From: Clostridiaceae bacterium
GTDB taxonomy: Bacteria; Bacillota; Clostridia; Saccharofermentanales; DTU023
Assembly: GCA_012519085.1 (NCBI GenBank)
Contig: JAAYQX010000026.1
Coordinates: 2,425 to 66,424 of the forward strand
Length of the DNA: 64,000 nt
Reading direction: 5' to 3'
Part shown: piece by piece, positions 1-8,347 of the stretch
How positions within the stretch are numbered: position 1 is the stretch's first letter
Layout of the letters: each line of letters opens with the position of its first letter
The notes under the pieces: model-generated
What the model was told of the DNA's origin: nothing
What the model saw: only the letters and a program-made list of their open reading frames with translations
Database searches by the model: none
Position numbers and translations under genes: made by a program

Positions 1-1511
1 TCGGACATTTTAGCGTGAATCTTATTATAGATTTCTACACGTTTCTCGTCATTGGTTTCAGATCCGGCATCCAGACCGAGCTGGACCAGTTCAGGATCCA
101 TTTCAGCTGTCCAGTTAGCTCTCAGGCCAACAGGATTGCCGGGCAGGAAAGCAAGGTTAGAGGTATTATCAGGATAATCGGGGCTCCAGTACCAGAGGCT
201 GAGCGGCTGTTCACCGTTACGATATGTCTCGAGTGAAACCATAACGTCTTCGGCGATAATCTTGGTTTCGATACCAATAGCCGTGAGATCCTGCTGGATT
301 TTCTGGGCCAACACAACCAGGTCAATACCTTCGACATTTTGAGAGGGTACGTAGAAGTCGACAGTGAAGCCATCAGCATAACCGGCTTCGGCCATCAGCT
401 TCTTAGCCTCCTCGACATTTTGAGCCTTTGTTACATCCAGCGGGTCTGCCGAGGCAAATAGACCGTTCGGGAAAGGTGAGACCGGAGTTGTTGATCCTTC
501 TCCGCCCAAATCCTGAATACCGGCATAATCTACAGCCAGGCGGATTGCCTTTTGCACTTTCGGATCGGCAATCGGACCATAGGCAGGATCTCTGTTCATA
601 AGCAGGAAGCTCATAGTCAGAGTTTGACAATAGATAACATTGACTCCCTCAGCACCGTCAAGTGTCTTGGCCTGTTCAGCCTCAACGTTCATGGCAATAT
701 CAACATCACCGGTTTGAACCATCATAACTTGAGAAGCACTTTCACTGATGTGCTGAACAGTGATCTTGTCATAATAGGCTTCCTTACCCCAATAATTGGC
801 ATTCTTTTCCAAGACCAGGTCTACTTTGGGGGTGTAAGAAGTTAGGACAAAGGGACCTGAACCGGCTGTGGTCGTATTCAGATATTCGGATGCTGCGTCT
901 GAACTGTCATTCGTACCGCCCTGGCTTTCCAGAACTGCCTTATCAACTACAGCAAAGAAAGGATAGGTCAGTTTGGTCGGGAAAGAGGGGTCGACTTCTT
1001 TCAAAGTAAAGACAATAGTTTCGTCATCAGGTGCCTCCAGCTTATCGATACCGTCTGCCAGGAAGGCGCCGTTGCCGCCCTTGGCGATAGCGCGTTCGAT
1101 ACTCCAGACCCAGTCACCGGCAGTTACGGGACTACCAGAGGCAAATGTCATGCCGTCCTTTAGAGTAAAGGTGTAGGCTAGCTGATCTTCAGAGATATCA
1201 TATTTCTCTGCTGCGCCCGGTTCCACCAAACCTTCGCTCGTATAGACAGTCAAAGTATCATAACAAGCATGTAGTACCATGCTGGCATAGACTTCGTAAG
1301 CTAGTGCCGGATCGAAGCTTTCGTAGTCGGGATTGACAGCTATGATCAAATGCTTTTCACCGCTAGGCGTCTCTGCTGCTTCTCCGCTAGTTTCTTCGGG
1401 TGGTGCATCAGAGCCGGCAGGTGTTGCTGGCTGATCATCTTTTTTCGGTGAGCATGCTATGGTGAATAACATGGCTACCAACAATAGAATGGCTAGAGCT
1501 TTTTTTCTCAT
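1..1511 (-). CDS. ABC transporter substrate-binding lipoprotein, family 5 (Opp/Dpp/Nik type); C-terminal end leaves the window
   Basis: Absent from the ORF track because it runs off the window edge. My minus-strand translation from the ATG at 1511..1509 stays open to position 1: MRKKALAILLLVAMLFTIACSPKKDDQPATPAGSDAPPEETSGEAAETPSGEKHLIIAVNPDYE... It has a signal peptide with a lipobox-like TIAC, and a GGAGG (1522..1518) lies 6 nt upstream. It sits directly downstream of two Opp-type ATPase genes. Confidence 0.75.
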   Translation of the reverse strand, partial: MRKKALAILLLVAMLFTIACSPKKDDQPATPAGSDAPPEETSGEAAETPSGEKHLIIAVNPDYESFDPALAYEVYASMVLHACYDTLTVYTSEGLVEPGAAEKYDISEDQLAYTFTLKDGMTFASGSPVTAGDWVWSIERAIAKGGNGAFLADGIDKLEAPDDETIVFTLKEVDPSFPTKLTYPFFAVVDKAVLESQGGTNDSSDAASEYLNTTTAGSGPFVLTSYTPKVDLVLEKNANYWGKEAYYDKITVQHISESASQVMMVQTGDVDIAMNVEAEQAKTLDGAEGVNVIYCQTLTMSFLLMNRDPAYGPIADPKVQKAIRLAVDYAGIQDLGGEGSTTPVSPFPNGLFASADPLDVTKAQNVEEAKKLMAEAGYADGFTVDFYVPSQNVEGIDLVVLAQKIQQDLTAIGIETKIIAEDVMVSLETYRNGEQPLSLWYWSPDYPDNTSNLAFLPGNPVGLRANWTAEMDPELVQLGLDAGSETNDEKRVEIYNKIHAKMS

Positions 1512-1557
1512 ACTATTCCTCCTTAAATAGTTTTGTGCTTTATCTGGTAAAAACCGC

Positions 1558-2540
1558 TTATTTGTACAAGTGGCAGGCGACAAAATGTCCGTCATCGTAT
1601 TCGAGAAATTCCGGAATATCTGTTTTGCAGATTTCCATACATTCACTACAGCGGACATGGAAGCGACAACCACTTGGCGGCTTAACCGGTGAAGGAAGGT
1701 CACCTTTGAGAATGATTCTCTCTTTGGCTTGGGATGGATCTACCTGTGGTATGGCGGAGATGAGTGCTCTGGAATAGGGATGCAAAGTATTATCAAAAAT
1801 AGCATCACGTGTACCGAGCTCAATCACTTTGCCGAGGTACATTACTGCTACACGATCACTAATATAGTAAACAACACTTAGATCATGAGAGATAAACAGA
1901 TAAGTCAGATCAAATTCCTCCTGCAGATCTTGCAGTAAATCAATGACTTGCGCTTGAATTGAAACATCAAGGGCTGAAAAGCCTCATCACAGATAATTAT
2001 TTCAGGATTCAGAGTTAAAGCTCTGGCTATACTCACGCGCTGCTTTTGGCCACCGGATAATTCGTGAGGATATCTGGACAAATGATATTCAGATAGCCCT
2101 ACACGGTTGATCAGAAAATTGATGCGATCTTCACGCTCCTGGGGAGTGCCTATCTTATGAATGCGAAATGGCTCTAAGAGAGCATTTTTAATTGTTCGGC
2201 GCGGATTGAGAGAGGCGCTGGGATCCTGAAAGATCATCTGCATTTTCTGACGAAAAGATTTCATATCTCTGGAAGATAAATCCGCCAGATTCTGATCTTT
2301 GATGATTACGTTTCCCTCTGTCGGATCTAGTAAATGGAGAATTGTCGATCCCAAAGTACTTTTACCGCATCCGGATTCTCCCACGAGGCCTAGAACCTCG
2401 CCTTTGTGTATTTCCAAAGTGACATCGTCAACAGCACGAACATAATCTTTTCGGAAAGGATTTTCACCTGGGACAGGGAAATACATCTTTAGATTATTAA
2501 CACTGACTAATACGTCATTGGCAGCATTCTTACAGTGCAT
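1558..2540 (-). pseudogene. OppF/DppF-type ABC ATPase interrupted by a 1-nt frameshift in a homopolymer
   Basis: ORF 1905..2540 carries Walker A (GESGCGKST), the signature LSGGQKQRVSIARAL and Walker B (IIICDE), then goes out of frame. ORF 1558..1842 is the matching C-terminus ([10 protein letters not shown]...[10 protein letters not shown]). Reading through in the other frame gives [51 protein letters not shown]. The shift maps to the A4 run at 1977..1980 (T4 on the coding strand); a fifth T would restore DEAFSALD and a product of about 327 aa. Confidence 0.75.
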
Positions 2541-2554
2541 AGCAGTCTCCTCGT

Positions 2555-3532
2555 TTATTTTGTTCTATCCCAAAAATGGCAACGGGCAAACCGACCTGGG
2601 CATACCTCCAGCAGCTCCGGATCCTCTTTCAAGCAGATTTCCTGTTGATACTGACAACGGGGGGCGAAACTGCAGCCGGAAATTTCTTCGAAAGGATTGG
2701 GAACTTGCCCCTTGATTGAAACAAGTTTTTCATCTTTAGTCATTTTAGGAATAGAGTGCAGTAAGCCCTCTGAGTAGGGATGTAGAGGGTCAGCAAATAG
2801 ATCCCTATACAGACACATTTCAACAATTTGGCCATTATACATCACGATGATTCTTTCACAGAGTTCAGCAATAACTCCGATATCATGGGTAATCATGATA
2901 ATCGAGCTATTGAACTGTTCCTTGAGATCATGGAGAAGCTTTAAAACCTGTGCTTGAATTGTTACATCAAGTGCCGTAGTTGGTTCATCAGCAATTAGAA
3001 TTTCCGGGTCGTTGGCCAAGGCCATAGCGATCATTACACGTTGACGCATCCCACCCGACAGCTGATGGGGATATTCTTTCATCCTTTTCTCCGCGTTAGG
3101 AATTCCCACAATATTCATCAAATAAAGAGCCCTGTCATATGCCTCCTGCTTTGATTTCTCTGTGTGTATCAGAACGGATTCCATAATCTGCTTGCCACAG
3201 GTGTGAATAGGATTCAATGAAGTCATCGGCTCTTGAAAGATCATTGCTATTTGATTACCACGGATTTCATTGATTTCCTCTATCTTTTTCTCAAATAGAT
3301 TCTCACCATGGAAGAGGACCCTGCCCGATTCAATTTTGCCGGGAGGACTGGGGATCAAGCCCATGATTGACAAAACGGTGACACTTTTGCCACTGCCACT
3401 TTCACCGACAATGCCAACAGATTCACCTTTACCAATGCTGAAAGAAACATTGCGTACGGCATTCATTTTCCCTTCAGCAGTGTGAAAAGAAACACTAAGA
3501 TTCTCAACTTCTAAAATTGGAACTGCCTCCAT
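2555..3532 (-). CDS. OppD/DppD-type oligopeptide/dipeptide ABC transporter ATP-binding protein
   Basis: 325-aa ORF with Walker A GESGSGKS, signature LSGGMRQRVMIAMAL and Walker B ILIADEPTTALD, plus the C-terminal Cys-containing Opp-type extension (SGCSFAPRCQY). GGAGGGAG ribosome binding site upstream. Confidence 0.9.
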   Translation of the reverse strand: MEAVPILEVENLSVSFHTAEGKMNAVRNVSFSIGKGESVGIVGESGSGKSVTVLSIMGLIPSPPGKIESGRVLFHGENLFEKKIEEINEIRGNQIAMIFQEPMTSLNPIHTCGKQIMESVLIHTEKSKQEAYDRALYLMNIVGIPNAEKRMKEYPHQLSGGMRQRVMIAMALANDPEILIADEPTTALDVTIQAQVLKLLHDLKEQFNSSIIMITHDIGVIAELCERIIVMYNGQIVEMCLYRDLFADPLHPYSEGLLHSIPKMTKDEKLVSIKGQVPNPFEEISGCSFAPRCQYQQEICLKEDPELLEVCPGRFARCHFWDRTK

Positions 3533-3660
3533 TTAACTCCCTCCGGAATGAATTGGTAAATAAGTAGAATATATTGGTGTATTTTATCTTGTTGTGATTT
3601 TATCCGATTTACGTAGATGGTGTCAATAATATTTCATAACAGTAAATTAATATACTACTT

Positions 3661-3678
3661 TAAAGTAAATTTACTTTA
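3661..3678. promoter_or_regulatory. Perfect 18-bp palindrome TAAAGTAAATTTACTTTA in the divergent opp/rib intergenic region
   Basis: Read directly from the sequence; it is its own reverse complement. It lies in the AT-rich 330-bp spacer upstream of the oppD-like gene. No regulator is assigned. Confidence 0.3.
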
Positions 3679-3815
3679 TTACATAAATCTTCTTAAAATA
3701 TCTATATATTTTATAAACTTTATAAAAAAACATAAATTTACAACAAATCCGCTATCTCTGTGGTTAATCGTTGCTTTGGAGGGATAATAGCTTTTCAGTT
3801 ACCTAATAATCTATT

Positions 3816-3844
3816 TTGCATTTGGCTAATTAGTGCGTTAAGAT
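3816..3844 (+). promoter_or_regulatory. Candidate sigma-A promoter for the FMN-riboswitch leader (TTGCAT-17-TAAGAT)
   Basis: -35 TTGCAT at 3816..3821, a 17-nt spacer, and -10 TAAGAT at 3839..3844, about 20 nt upstream of the aptamer. Confidence 0.35.
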
Positions 3845-3867
3845 GATCTTGACAACTGAACAGATAA

Positions 3868-3999
3868 TGTCTTCGGGGCAGGGTGCAATTCCCGATCGGC
3901 GGTGATAGTCCGCGAGCGCAGATGCAGGATCCGGCTGAGGCCGGATCAGGATTTGGTGAAATTCCAAAACCGACAGTTATAGTCTGGATGGGAGAAGAT
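3868..3999 (+). promoter_or_regulatory. FMN riboswitch (RFN element) aptamer
   Basis: Contains the hallmark RFN strings TCTTCGGGGCAGGGTGCAATTCCCGATCGGCGGTGATAGTCCGCGAGC ... GATTTGGTGAAATTCCAAAACCGACAGTTATAGTCTGGATGGGAGAAGA. P1 is closed by TCTTC/GAAGA. It lies upstream of a riboflavin transporter gene. Confidence 0.9.
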
Positions 4000-4060
4000 G
4001 GTTATTCATCGGTAGTGGCCTGACTTCCCGGAGCAAGGAAGTTACCGATACACGTGGATG

Positions 4061-4100
4061 ACACCTGGAGGACATTGAAGTGCTTCAGGTGTTAGTTTTA
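4061..4100 (+). terminator. Riboswitch expression-platform hairpin (putative intrinsic terminator)
   Basis: ACACCTGGAG (4061..4070) pairs with CTTCAGGTGT (4083..4092): 10 bp including one G-U, with a 12-nt loop. It is followed by TAGTTTTAT and sits just before the GGAGG/ATG of the transporter gene. Confidence 0.5.
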
Positions 4101-4113
4101 TGTGGAGGTTGTT

Positions 4114-4770
4114 ATGAACACAAAGACAAAGAAGACAGCTGCTCTGGGTATGTTGGCAGCAGTGGCATATGTGGCGATGTTGGTCGGGCGTTTTTCTTTG
4201 ATTCCGGCAGTGCCTTTTCTACTGTATGACCCCAAAGATGTAATTATTGTGATTGGCGGCTTTATCTGGGGCCCGTTCTCGGCCTTTATTATCTCCCTTG
4301 TGGTATCGCTGGTGGAGATGGTGACTGTAAGTGATACCGGCCTGATCGGTTGCGCCATGAATATAATTTCGACATGTTCCTTTGCCTGTACTGCAGCATA
4401 TATTTACAAAAAAAGACGCACTATTGACGGAGCGATTATCAGTCTGTTTGCGGGTGTCATCTTTATGGTGGCGGTTATGGTTTTGTGGAACTATGTCCTG
4501 ACACCGATTTATATGAAGATCCCTCGAGCGGAGGTGGTTAAGCTCCTATTACCGGCTATTTTGCCCTTTAATTTAATTAAGGGCTCACTAAATGCCGGGC
4601 TAACTATCCTGCTCTACAAGCCAATTGTATCAGGGCTGCGCAAGACCCGGTTTTTGCCACAGCCGCAGAGTACGAAGGGCAATAGGATTAATGCCGGCAT
4701 GGTGATTTTGGGAGTCTTTATCCTAGTGAGCTGTATCTTGATTATATTGGCCTTAAAGGGAATATTGTAA
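4114..4770 (+). CDS. ribU: Riboflavin transporter, ECF S-component RibU/FmnP-like
   Basis: Polytopic membrane ORF resembling RibU by eye (LYDPKDV..IGGFIWGP, ILPFNLIKG), directly behind an FMN riboswitch. I prefer the ATG at 4114 (GGAGG at 4104..4108) over the track start at 4102. Confidence 0.8.
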   Translation: MNTKTKKTAALGMLAAVAYVAMLVGRFSLIPAVPFLLYDPKDVIIVIGGFIWGPFSAFIISLVVSLVEMVTVSDTGLIGCAMNIISTCSFACTAAYIYKKRRTIDGAIISLFAGVIFMVAVMVLWNYVLTPIYMKIPRAEVVKLLLPAILPFNLIKGSLNAGLTILLYKPIVSGLRKTRFLPQPQSTKGNRINAGMVILGVFILVSCILIILALKGIL

Positions 4771-4779
4771 TTAATTGAT

Positions 4780-5256
4780 ATGAATGGCAAGGAACCAAAT
4801 ATCAAGCCGCTTTGCACTATGGAAGGAAGAGTAGTCAGAGGAGCGGGAAGAGGCAAAAAGTTCGGTATGCCGACTGCTAATCTGGCTTTAGCACCGGGAA
4901 CCAAATTGCCTCAACTCGGAGTTTATGCTGCACTGGTTTTTTGTGATGGGATTTGGTATGAGGGCGTTACTAATGTTGGCTTTCAACCTTCAGTTGGCGG
5001 TCTGGAACAGATTACAGTTGAGACCCATATTCTTGGCCTAAATCGGGATATTTATGGTCAGGAAATCAGACTGGAGCTGTATTATTTTTTGAGAGATACC
5101 AAATCATTTAATTCCTTGCGTGAGGTAAAGATTCAAATCGATCAGGATAGTCAGCGTGTTGTTGAATTACTTGCCGATATATTCCTGATGAGGAGAAGTG
5201 ACTGGATGAAATTTTCTGCTAATGGCACCTGTTCTACGGAACAAGGAGATAAATAA
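4780..5256 (+). CDS. Monofunctional riboflavin kinase (RFK domain only, no FAD synthetase domain)
   Basis: 158 aa with RFK motifs GRVVRGAGRGKKFGMPTANL, GVYA, TNVG, ETHILG..DIYGQEIRLELYYFLRD..F.S. It lacks the N-terminal FMN adenylyltransferase half of RibF. It starts 9 nt after ribU. Confidence 0.75.
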   Translation: MNGKEPNIKPLCTMEGRVVRGAGRGKKFGMPTANLALAPGTKLPQLGVYAALVFCDGIWYEGVTNVGFQPSVGGLEQITVETHILGLNRDIYGQEIRLELYYFLRDTKSFNSLREVKIQIDQDSQRVVELLADIFLMRRSDWMKFSANGTCSTEQGDK

Positions 5257-5282
5257 TTGTTTTTTACAGTAAAGGCAATGTT

Positions 5283-5312
5283 AAAAAACAGGGTGCAGCG
5301 CACCCTGTTTTT
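5283..5312. terminator. Bidirectional intrinsic terminator (A6-hairpin-T5)
   Basis: CAGGGTGC (5289..5296) pairs with GCACCCTG (5300..5307), flanked by AAAAAA and TTTTT. It serves the ribU-RFK operon on the + strand and abuts the 3' end of tRNA-Sec on the - strand. Confidence 0.7.
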
Positions 5313-5410
5313 GTGGCGAGAACATGTGAGAATCGAACTCACCGGAGAGGCTCTTAACCCCTCGCAACGGTTTTGAAGACCGCGGGGCACACCAGCACCC
5401 ATATGCTCCC
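5313..5410 (-). tRNA. selC: tRNA-Sec (anticodon UCA)
   Basis: The minus strand reads GGGAGCATATGGGTGCTGGTGTGCCCCGCGGTCTTCAAAACCGTTGCGAGGGGTTAAGAGCCTCTCCGGTGAGTTCGATTCTCACATGTTCTCGCCA. Features are an 8-bp acceptor stem (GGGAGCAT/ATGTTCTC, two G-U pairs), discriminator G plus encoded CCA, T-arm GTGAG-TTCGATT-CTCAC, anticodon loop CTTCAAA (UCA; plus-strand tga at 5374..5376), a long variable arm and a length of 98 nt. Confidence 0.9.
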
Positions 5411-5425
5411 GTTTGATTATCTTAT

Positions 5426-5455
5426 ACTATACCTTGCTTTAGCTTCGCTGTCCAA
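5426..5455 (-). promoter_or_regulatory. Candidate promoter for selC (TTGGAC-18-TATAGT)
   Basis: On the minus strand, TTGGAC (5455..5450), an 18-nt spacer and TATAGT (5431..5426), ending about 15 nt upstream of the tRNA 5' end. Confidence 0.35.
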
Positions 5456-5555
5456 ATTACGCATAATATTATTATGAATGAGTTAATGCTAATATATTGT
5501 TAGTGGCATATTTTTGCCTCAATAATAAAGATTAAGTATAAAGTGAATAAAGATT

Positions 5556-6314
5556 ATGGTGACAAAAGATATACGAGAGTTGCGTGAGTTTCTGACCGCA
5601 AATTCCTGGTTAGAAATGGACCTGACGCTAAGTGATGAGAGCAAGAATTTCCCAAGGCCACCCGTGCAGAAAGCTCCTCTACCTGGTCAGGAATTGATAC
5701 ATTTGCCAGAGTTTAATCGAGATATACTTCAAAAAGAAGATATTATTTCCCTAATTCAGAGCAGAAGAAGTCGACGTCTCTATAGCAGCTGTGCACTTAG
5801 TTTACCAGAACTTTCTTTTTTGCTTTGGGCTACTCAAGGTGTGCGAAAAATTACTAAAAATTGCACTGTGCGTAATGTAGCATCCGCTGGTAATAGCCAC
5901 ACTTTTGAAACTTATCTTGCTGTATTTCATGTTGAAGAACTCAAAGAGGGTATTTATCGCTATCTGCCCTTAGAGCATGCCTTGATTTTTGAATTCTCTG
6001 TACCTGATTTATCTGAAAAAATGATTGAGATCGGCAGGAATTATCACTACGTAGGACAATCAGCGGTTACCTTTATCTGGACAACAATTCCTTATCGTAT
6101 GGAATGGCGTTATATGGAATCGTCAGCTAGATTAATTGCCATCGATGCCGGTCACGTCTGCCAAAATTTATATTTAGCCTGCGAAGCTATTGGCTGCGGA
6201 ACTTGTGCCATTGGAGCTTTTATCCAAACGAAAGCGGATGAACTACTCCGATTGGATGGTAAAGAAGAGTTTGTCTTTTATATGGCTCCGGTTGGGAAAC
6301 AACTGGAGAAATAG
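5556..6314 (+). CDS. SagB-type dehydrogenase / nitroreductase-fold oxidoreductase (orphan)
   Basis: 252 aa. Pattern RRSRR...SLPELSFLLWATQG...AGNSHTFETYL...GIYRY.P..H.L...ID.GHV.QNLYLA.EA.G.G.C.IGAF, typical of the SagB/ThcOx nitroreductase-like subfamily. No cyclodehydratase or precursor gene is adjacent. Confidence 0.65.
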   Translation: MVTKDIRELREFLTANSWLEMDLTLSDESKNFPRPPVQKAPLPGQELIHLPEFNRDILQKEDIISLIQSRRSRRLYSSCALSLPELSFLLWATQGVRKITKNCTVRNVASAGNSHTFETYLAVFHVEELKEGIYRYLPLEHALIFEFSVPDLSEKMIEIGRNYHYVGQSAVTFIWTTIPYRMEWRYMESSARLIAIDAGHVCQNLYLACEAIGCGTCAIGAFIQTKADELLRLDGKEEFVFYMAPVGKQLEK

Positions 6315-6541
6315 TTTTGAATATTTCTTGTTAATGTAGTTACTCCATTGTGTATATTTCAGTTGTCAATGGAACAAAAGTGTCAAACGACAAGATCCAG
6401 GTAGCTGCTGTTTACTTGCCTGCAAGTTGAAGCTCATTCTGCTCATTCGGCATCCAATACGTCAAATAAATTGGGATTTGGTCGGTTGATGGCGGGTATC
6501 AAAGATATGATATTAAGATGTATTAAAATATAGATATAAAA

Positions 6542-6570
6542 TAGACTTCATATACTAAATCTAGTATAAT
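6542..6570 (+). promoter_or_regulatory. Candidate promoter of the grd operon (TAGACT-17-TATAAT)
   Basis: -35-like TAGACT at 6542..6547, a 17-nt spacer, and a consensus -10 TATAAT at 6565..6570, only 10 nt before the grdX ATG. Confidence 0.3.
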
Positions 6571-6580
6571 TAACTATATA

Positions 6581-7003
6581 ATGGCGACAGAAGCAAACAC
6601 AGCGTCCAGTGTCATTGTGGTGACCAATAATGAGCTTGTCCATGAAGCCTTTTCAATTTGCTGCCAAGTGTTTTTTATCGCTGACGGCTATTTGGAGGTA
6701 TTGCTAAAAACTCGTGACTTGATTCATAAGGGACATTGCTTGTTGACACATCCTCTGGCTGGGAGTGTTAAACCGGGAGAAACCCCGTACCGTACTATCC
6801 TGCTTACAGGTGAAAGGGAAGAGCTGGAAATGATGTCGCTCCAACTGATTGAGGATGCTATTGTTATATCGAGAAGGATGATCGAACAGGGGCGCTTTGA
6901 CTGCAGAATGCTGTCAGATCAGCATAAAAAGGATTTTCAGCTGATCGACTATACAGTAGTAGAGAGTGCTTGTGCTTCGGTTAAAACCGGTACGATAAGA
7001 TAA
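6581..7003 (+). CDS. grdX: GrdX family protein (glycine reductase operon-associated)
   Basis: 140-aa ORF immediately upstream of grdE. The sequence pattern (VIVVTNN...HKGH.LLTHPLAGSVKPGETPYRT) matches my recollection of GrdX, and the position fits known grd operons. Confidence 0.65.
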   Translation: MATEANTASSVIVVTNNELVHEAFSICCQVFFIADGYLEVLLKTRDLIHKGHCLLTHPLAGSVKPGETPYRTILLTGEREELEMMSLQLIEDAIVISRRMIEQGRFDCRMLSDQHKKDFQLIDYTVVESACASVKTGTIR

Positions 7004-7055
7004 GCATTGCAATTTGTTCTACAGACCAGAAATGTGAAAGGAGAGGCGAACAGTT

Positions 7056-8336
7056 ATGAAATTAGTCTTAGGTTACTTTAGTATCGAAGATATTCAGTTC
7101 GCAGAGGAGCCTAGACTTGAAGACGGCGTGCTTTTTGTCGATGAGGCTGCTCTAAGTGCAGAGGTACTGGCTGATGAACGCCTGCGGGCAGCGCATTTTG
7201 AAATAGCGCGGCCCGGAGAAAGTGTGCGCATCATTCCAGTAAAGGATGTGATCCAGCCGCGCGTGAAAGTAGAAGGCGGCGGCGAGATGTTTCCCGGTAT
7301 GGCTTCTAATGTTGATGTTGTTGGTTCAGGGACTACTTATGTTTTGGAAGGGATGTCGGTAGTCACAGTAGGCCCCATTGTTGGTTTTCAGGAAGGGGTT
7401 ATTGATATGTCAGGACCGGGAGAGGTTTATTCGCCTTTTTCCCAGCTCAATAATCTGGTTCTGGTCGTTGAACCTGCTGAGGGAGTAACGCCACAGGAAT
7501 ATGAGCAGGCAGTACGATTGGCCGGTTTGAAAACAGCGATGAATGTAGCCGAATTGGTTCGTGAACTGACACCTGAACGTATTGAGGAATTTGAGCATCT
7601 CAATATTGTTGAAAGCAGCCGAAAGTATCCGGATCTACCCCGTGTTGCTTATGTCCAGATGCTACAGAGCCAGGGATTACTGCATGACACTTATGTCTAC
7701 GGAGTTGATGCCAAGCGTATTCTCCCCACTTTGATCAGTCCGACTGAAACCATGGATGGGGCGATTGTGTCGGGCAATTGTGTGTCTGCCTGTGACAAGA
7801 ATACCACCTATCATCACCTCAATAATCCCGTAATAGCCGATCTTTATAAGGCGCACGGGGAAACACTTAATTTTGTCGGTATGGTTATAACTAATGAAAA
7901 TGTTTATCTGGCTGACAAAATACGTTCATCCAATCACACAGCCGAATTGTGTAGCTATCTGGGTCTGGACGGCGTCATCATATCTCAAGAGGGATTTGGC
8001 AACCCGGATACGGACCTGATTATGAACTGCACCAAAATCGAAGACAAGGGCATCAAGACCGTTATTATCACAGATGAGTATGCCGGCCGGGATGGCAAGA
8101 GCCAATCCTTGGCTGATGCCAGCCCCAAAGCCAATGCGGTTGTAACCGGCGGCAATGCCAATATGTTGGTGGAAATCCCCCCTCTGGACAAAGTTATAGG
8201 CTCGAGCGGTTATATCAATGTCATTGCCGGCGGCAGCGCAGGAAGCCTTAAGGCCGATGGTGCCATTGAAGCTGAAATTCAGGTGTATACCGGTGCTACC
8301 AATGAGCTCGGGTTCAATAAAATGAGTGCGCGTTAG
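7056..8336 (+). CDS. grdE: Glycine/sarcosine/betaine reductase component B proprotein (alpha/beta subunits), GrdE-type
   Basis: 426 aa, N-terminus MKLVLGYFSIEDIQF. An internal SGNCVS fits the Asn-Cys self-cleavage/pyruvoyl-forming site of GrdE. AGGAGAGG ribosome binding site; grdB follows. Confidence 0.85.
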   Translation: MKLVLGYFSIEDIQFAEEPRLEDGVLFVDEAALSAEVLADERLRAAHFEIARPGESVRIIPVKDVIQPRVKVEGGGEMFPGMASNVDVVGSGTTYVLEGMSVVTVGPIVGFQEGVIDMSGPGEVYSPFSQLNNLVLVVEPAEGVTPQEYEQAVRLAGLKTAMNVAELVRELTPERIEEFEHLNIVESSRKYPDLPRVAYVQMLQSQGLLHDTYVYGVDAKRILPTLISPTETMDGAIVSGNCVSACDKNTTYHHLNNPVIADLYKAHGETLNFVGMVITNENVYLADKIRSSNHTAELCSYLGLDGVIISQEGFGNPDTDLIMNCTKIEDKGIKTVIITDEYAGRDGKSQSLADASPKANAVVTGGNANMLVEIPPLDKVIGSSGYINVIAGGSAGSLKADGAIEAEIQVYTGATNELGFNKMSAR

Positions 8337-8347
8337 GAGGCCAGAAA

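Noticed and set aside
6315-6580. A possible glycine riboswitch or other leader RNA in the 266-bp spacer upstream of grdX
   Set aside because: The conserved glycine-aptamer strings (GGAGAG...CACCGAAGGGGCAA-type cores) are absent. I saw only weak short hairpins and three TGTCAA-like words, which is not enough to call an element.
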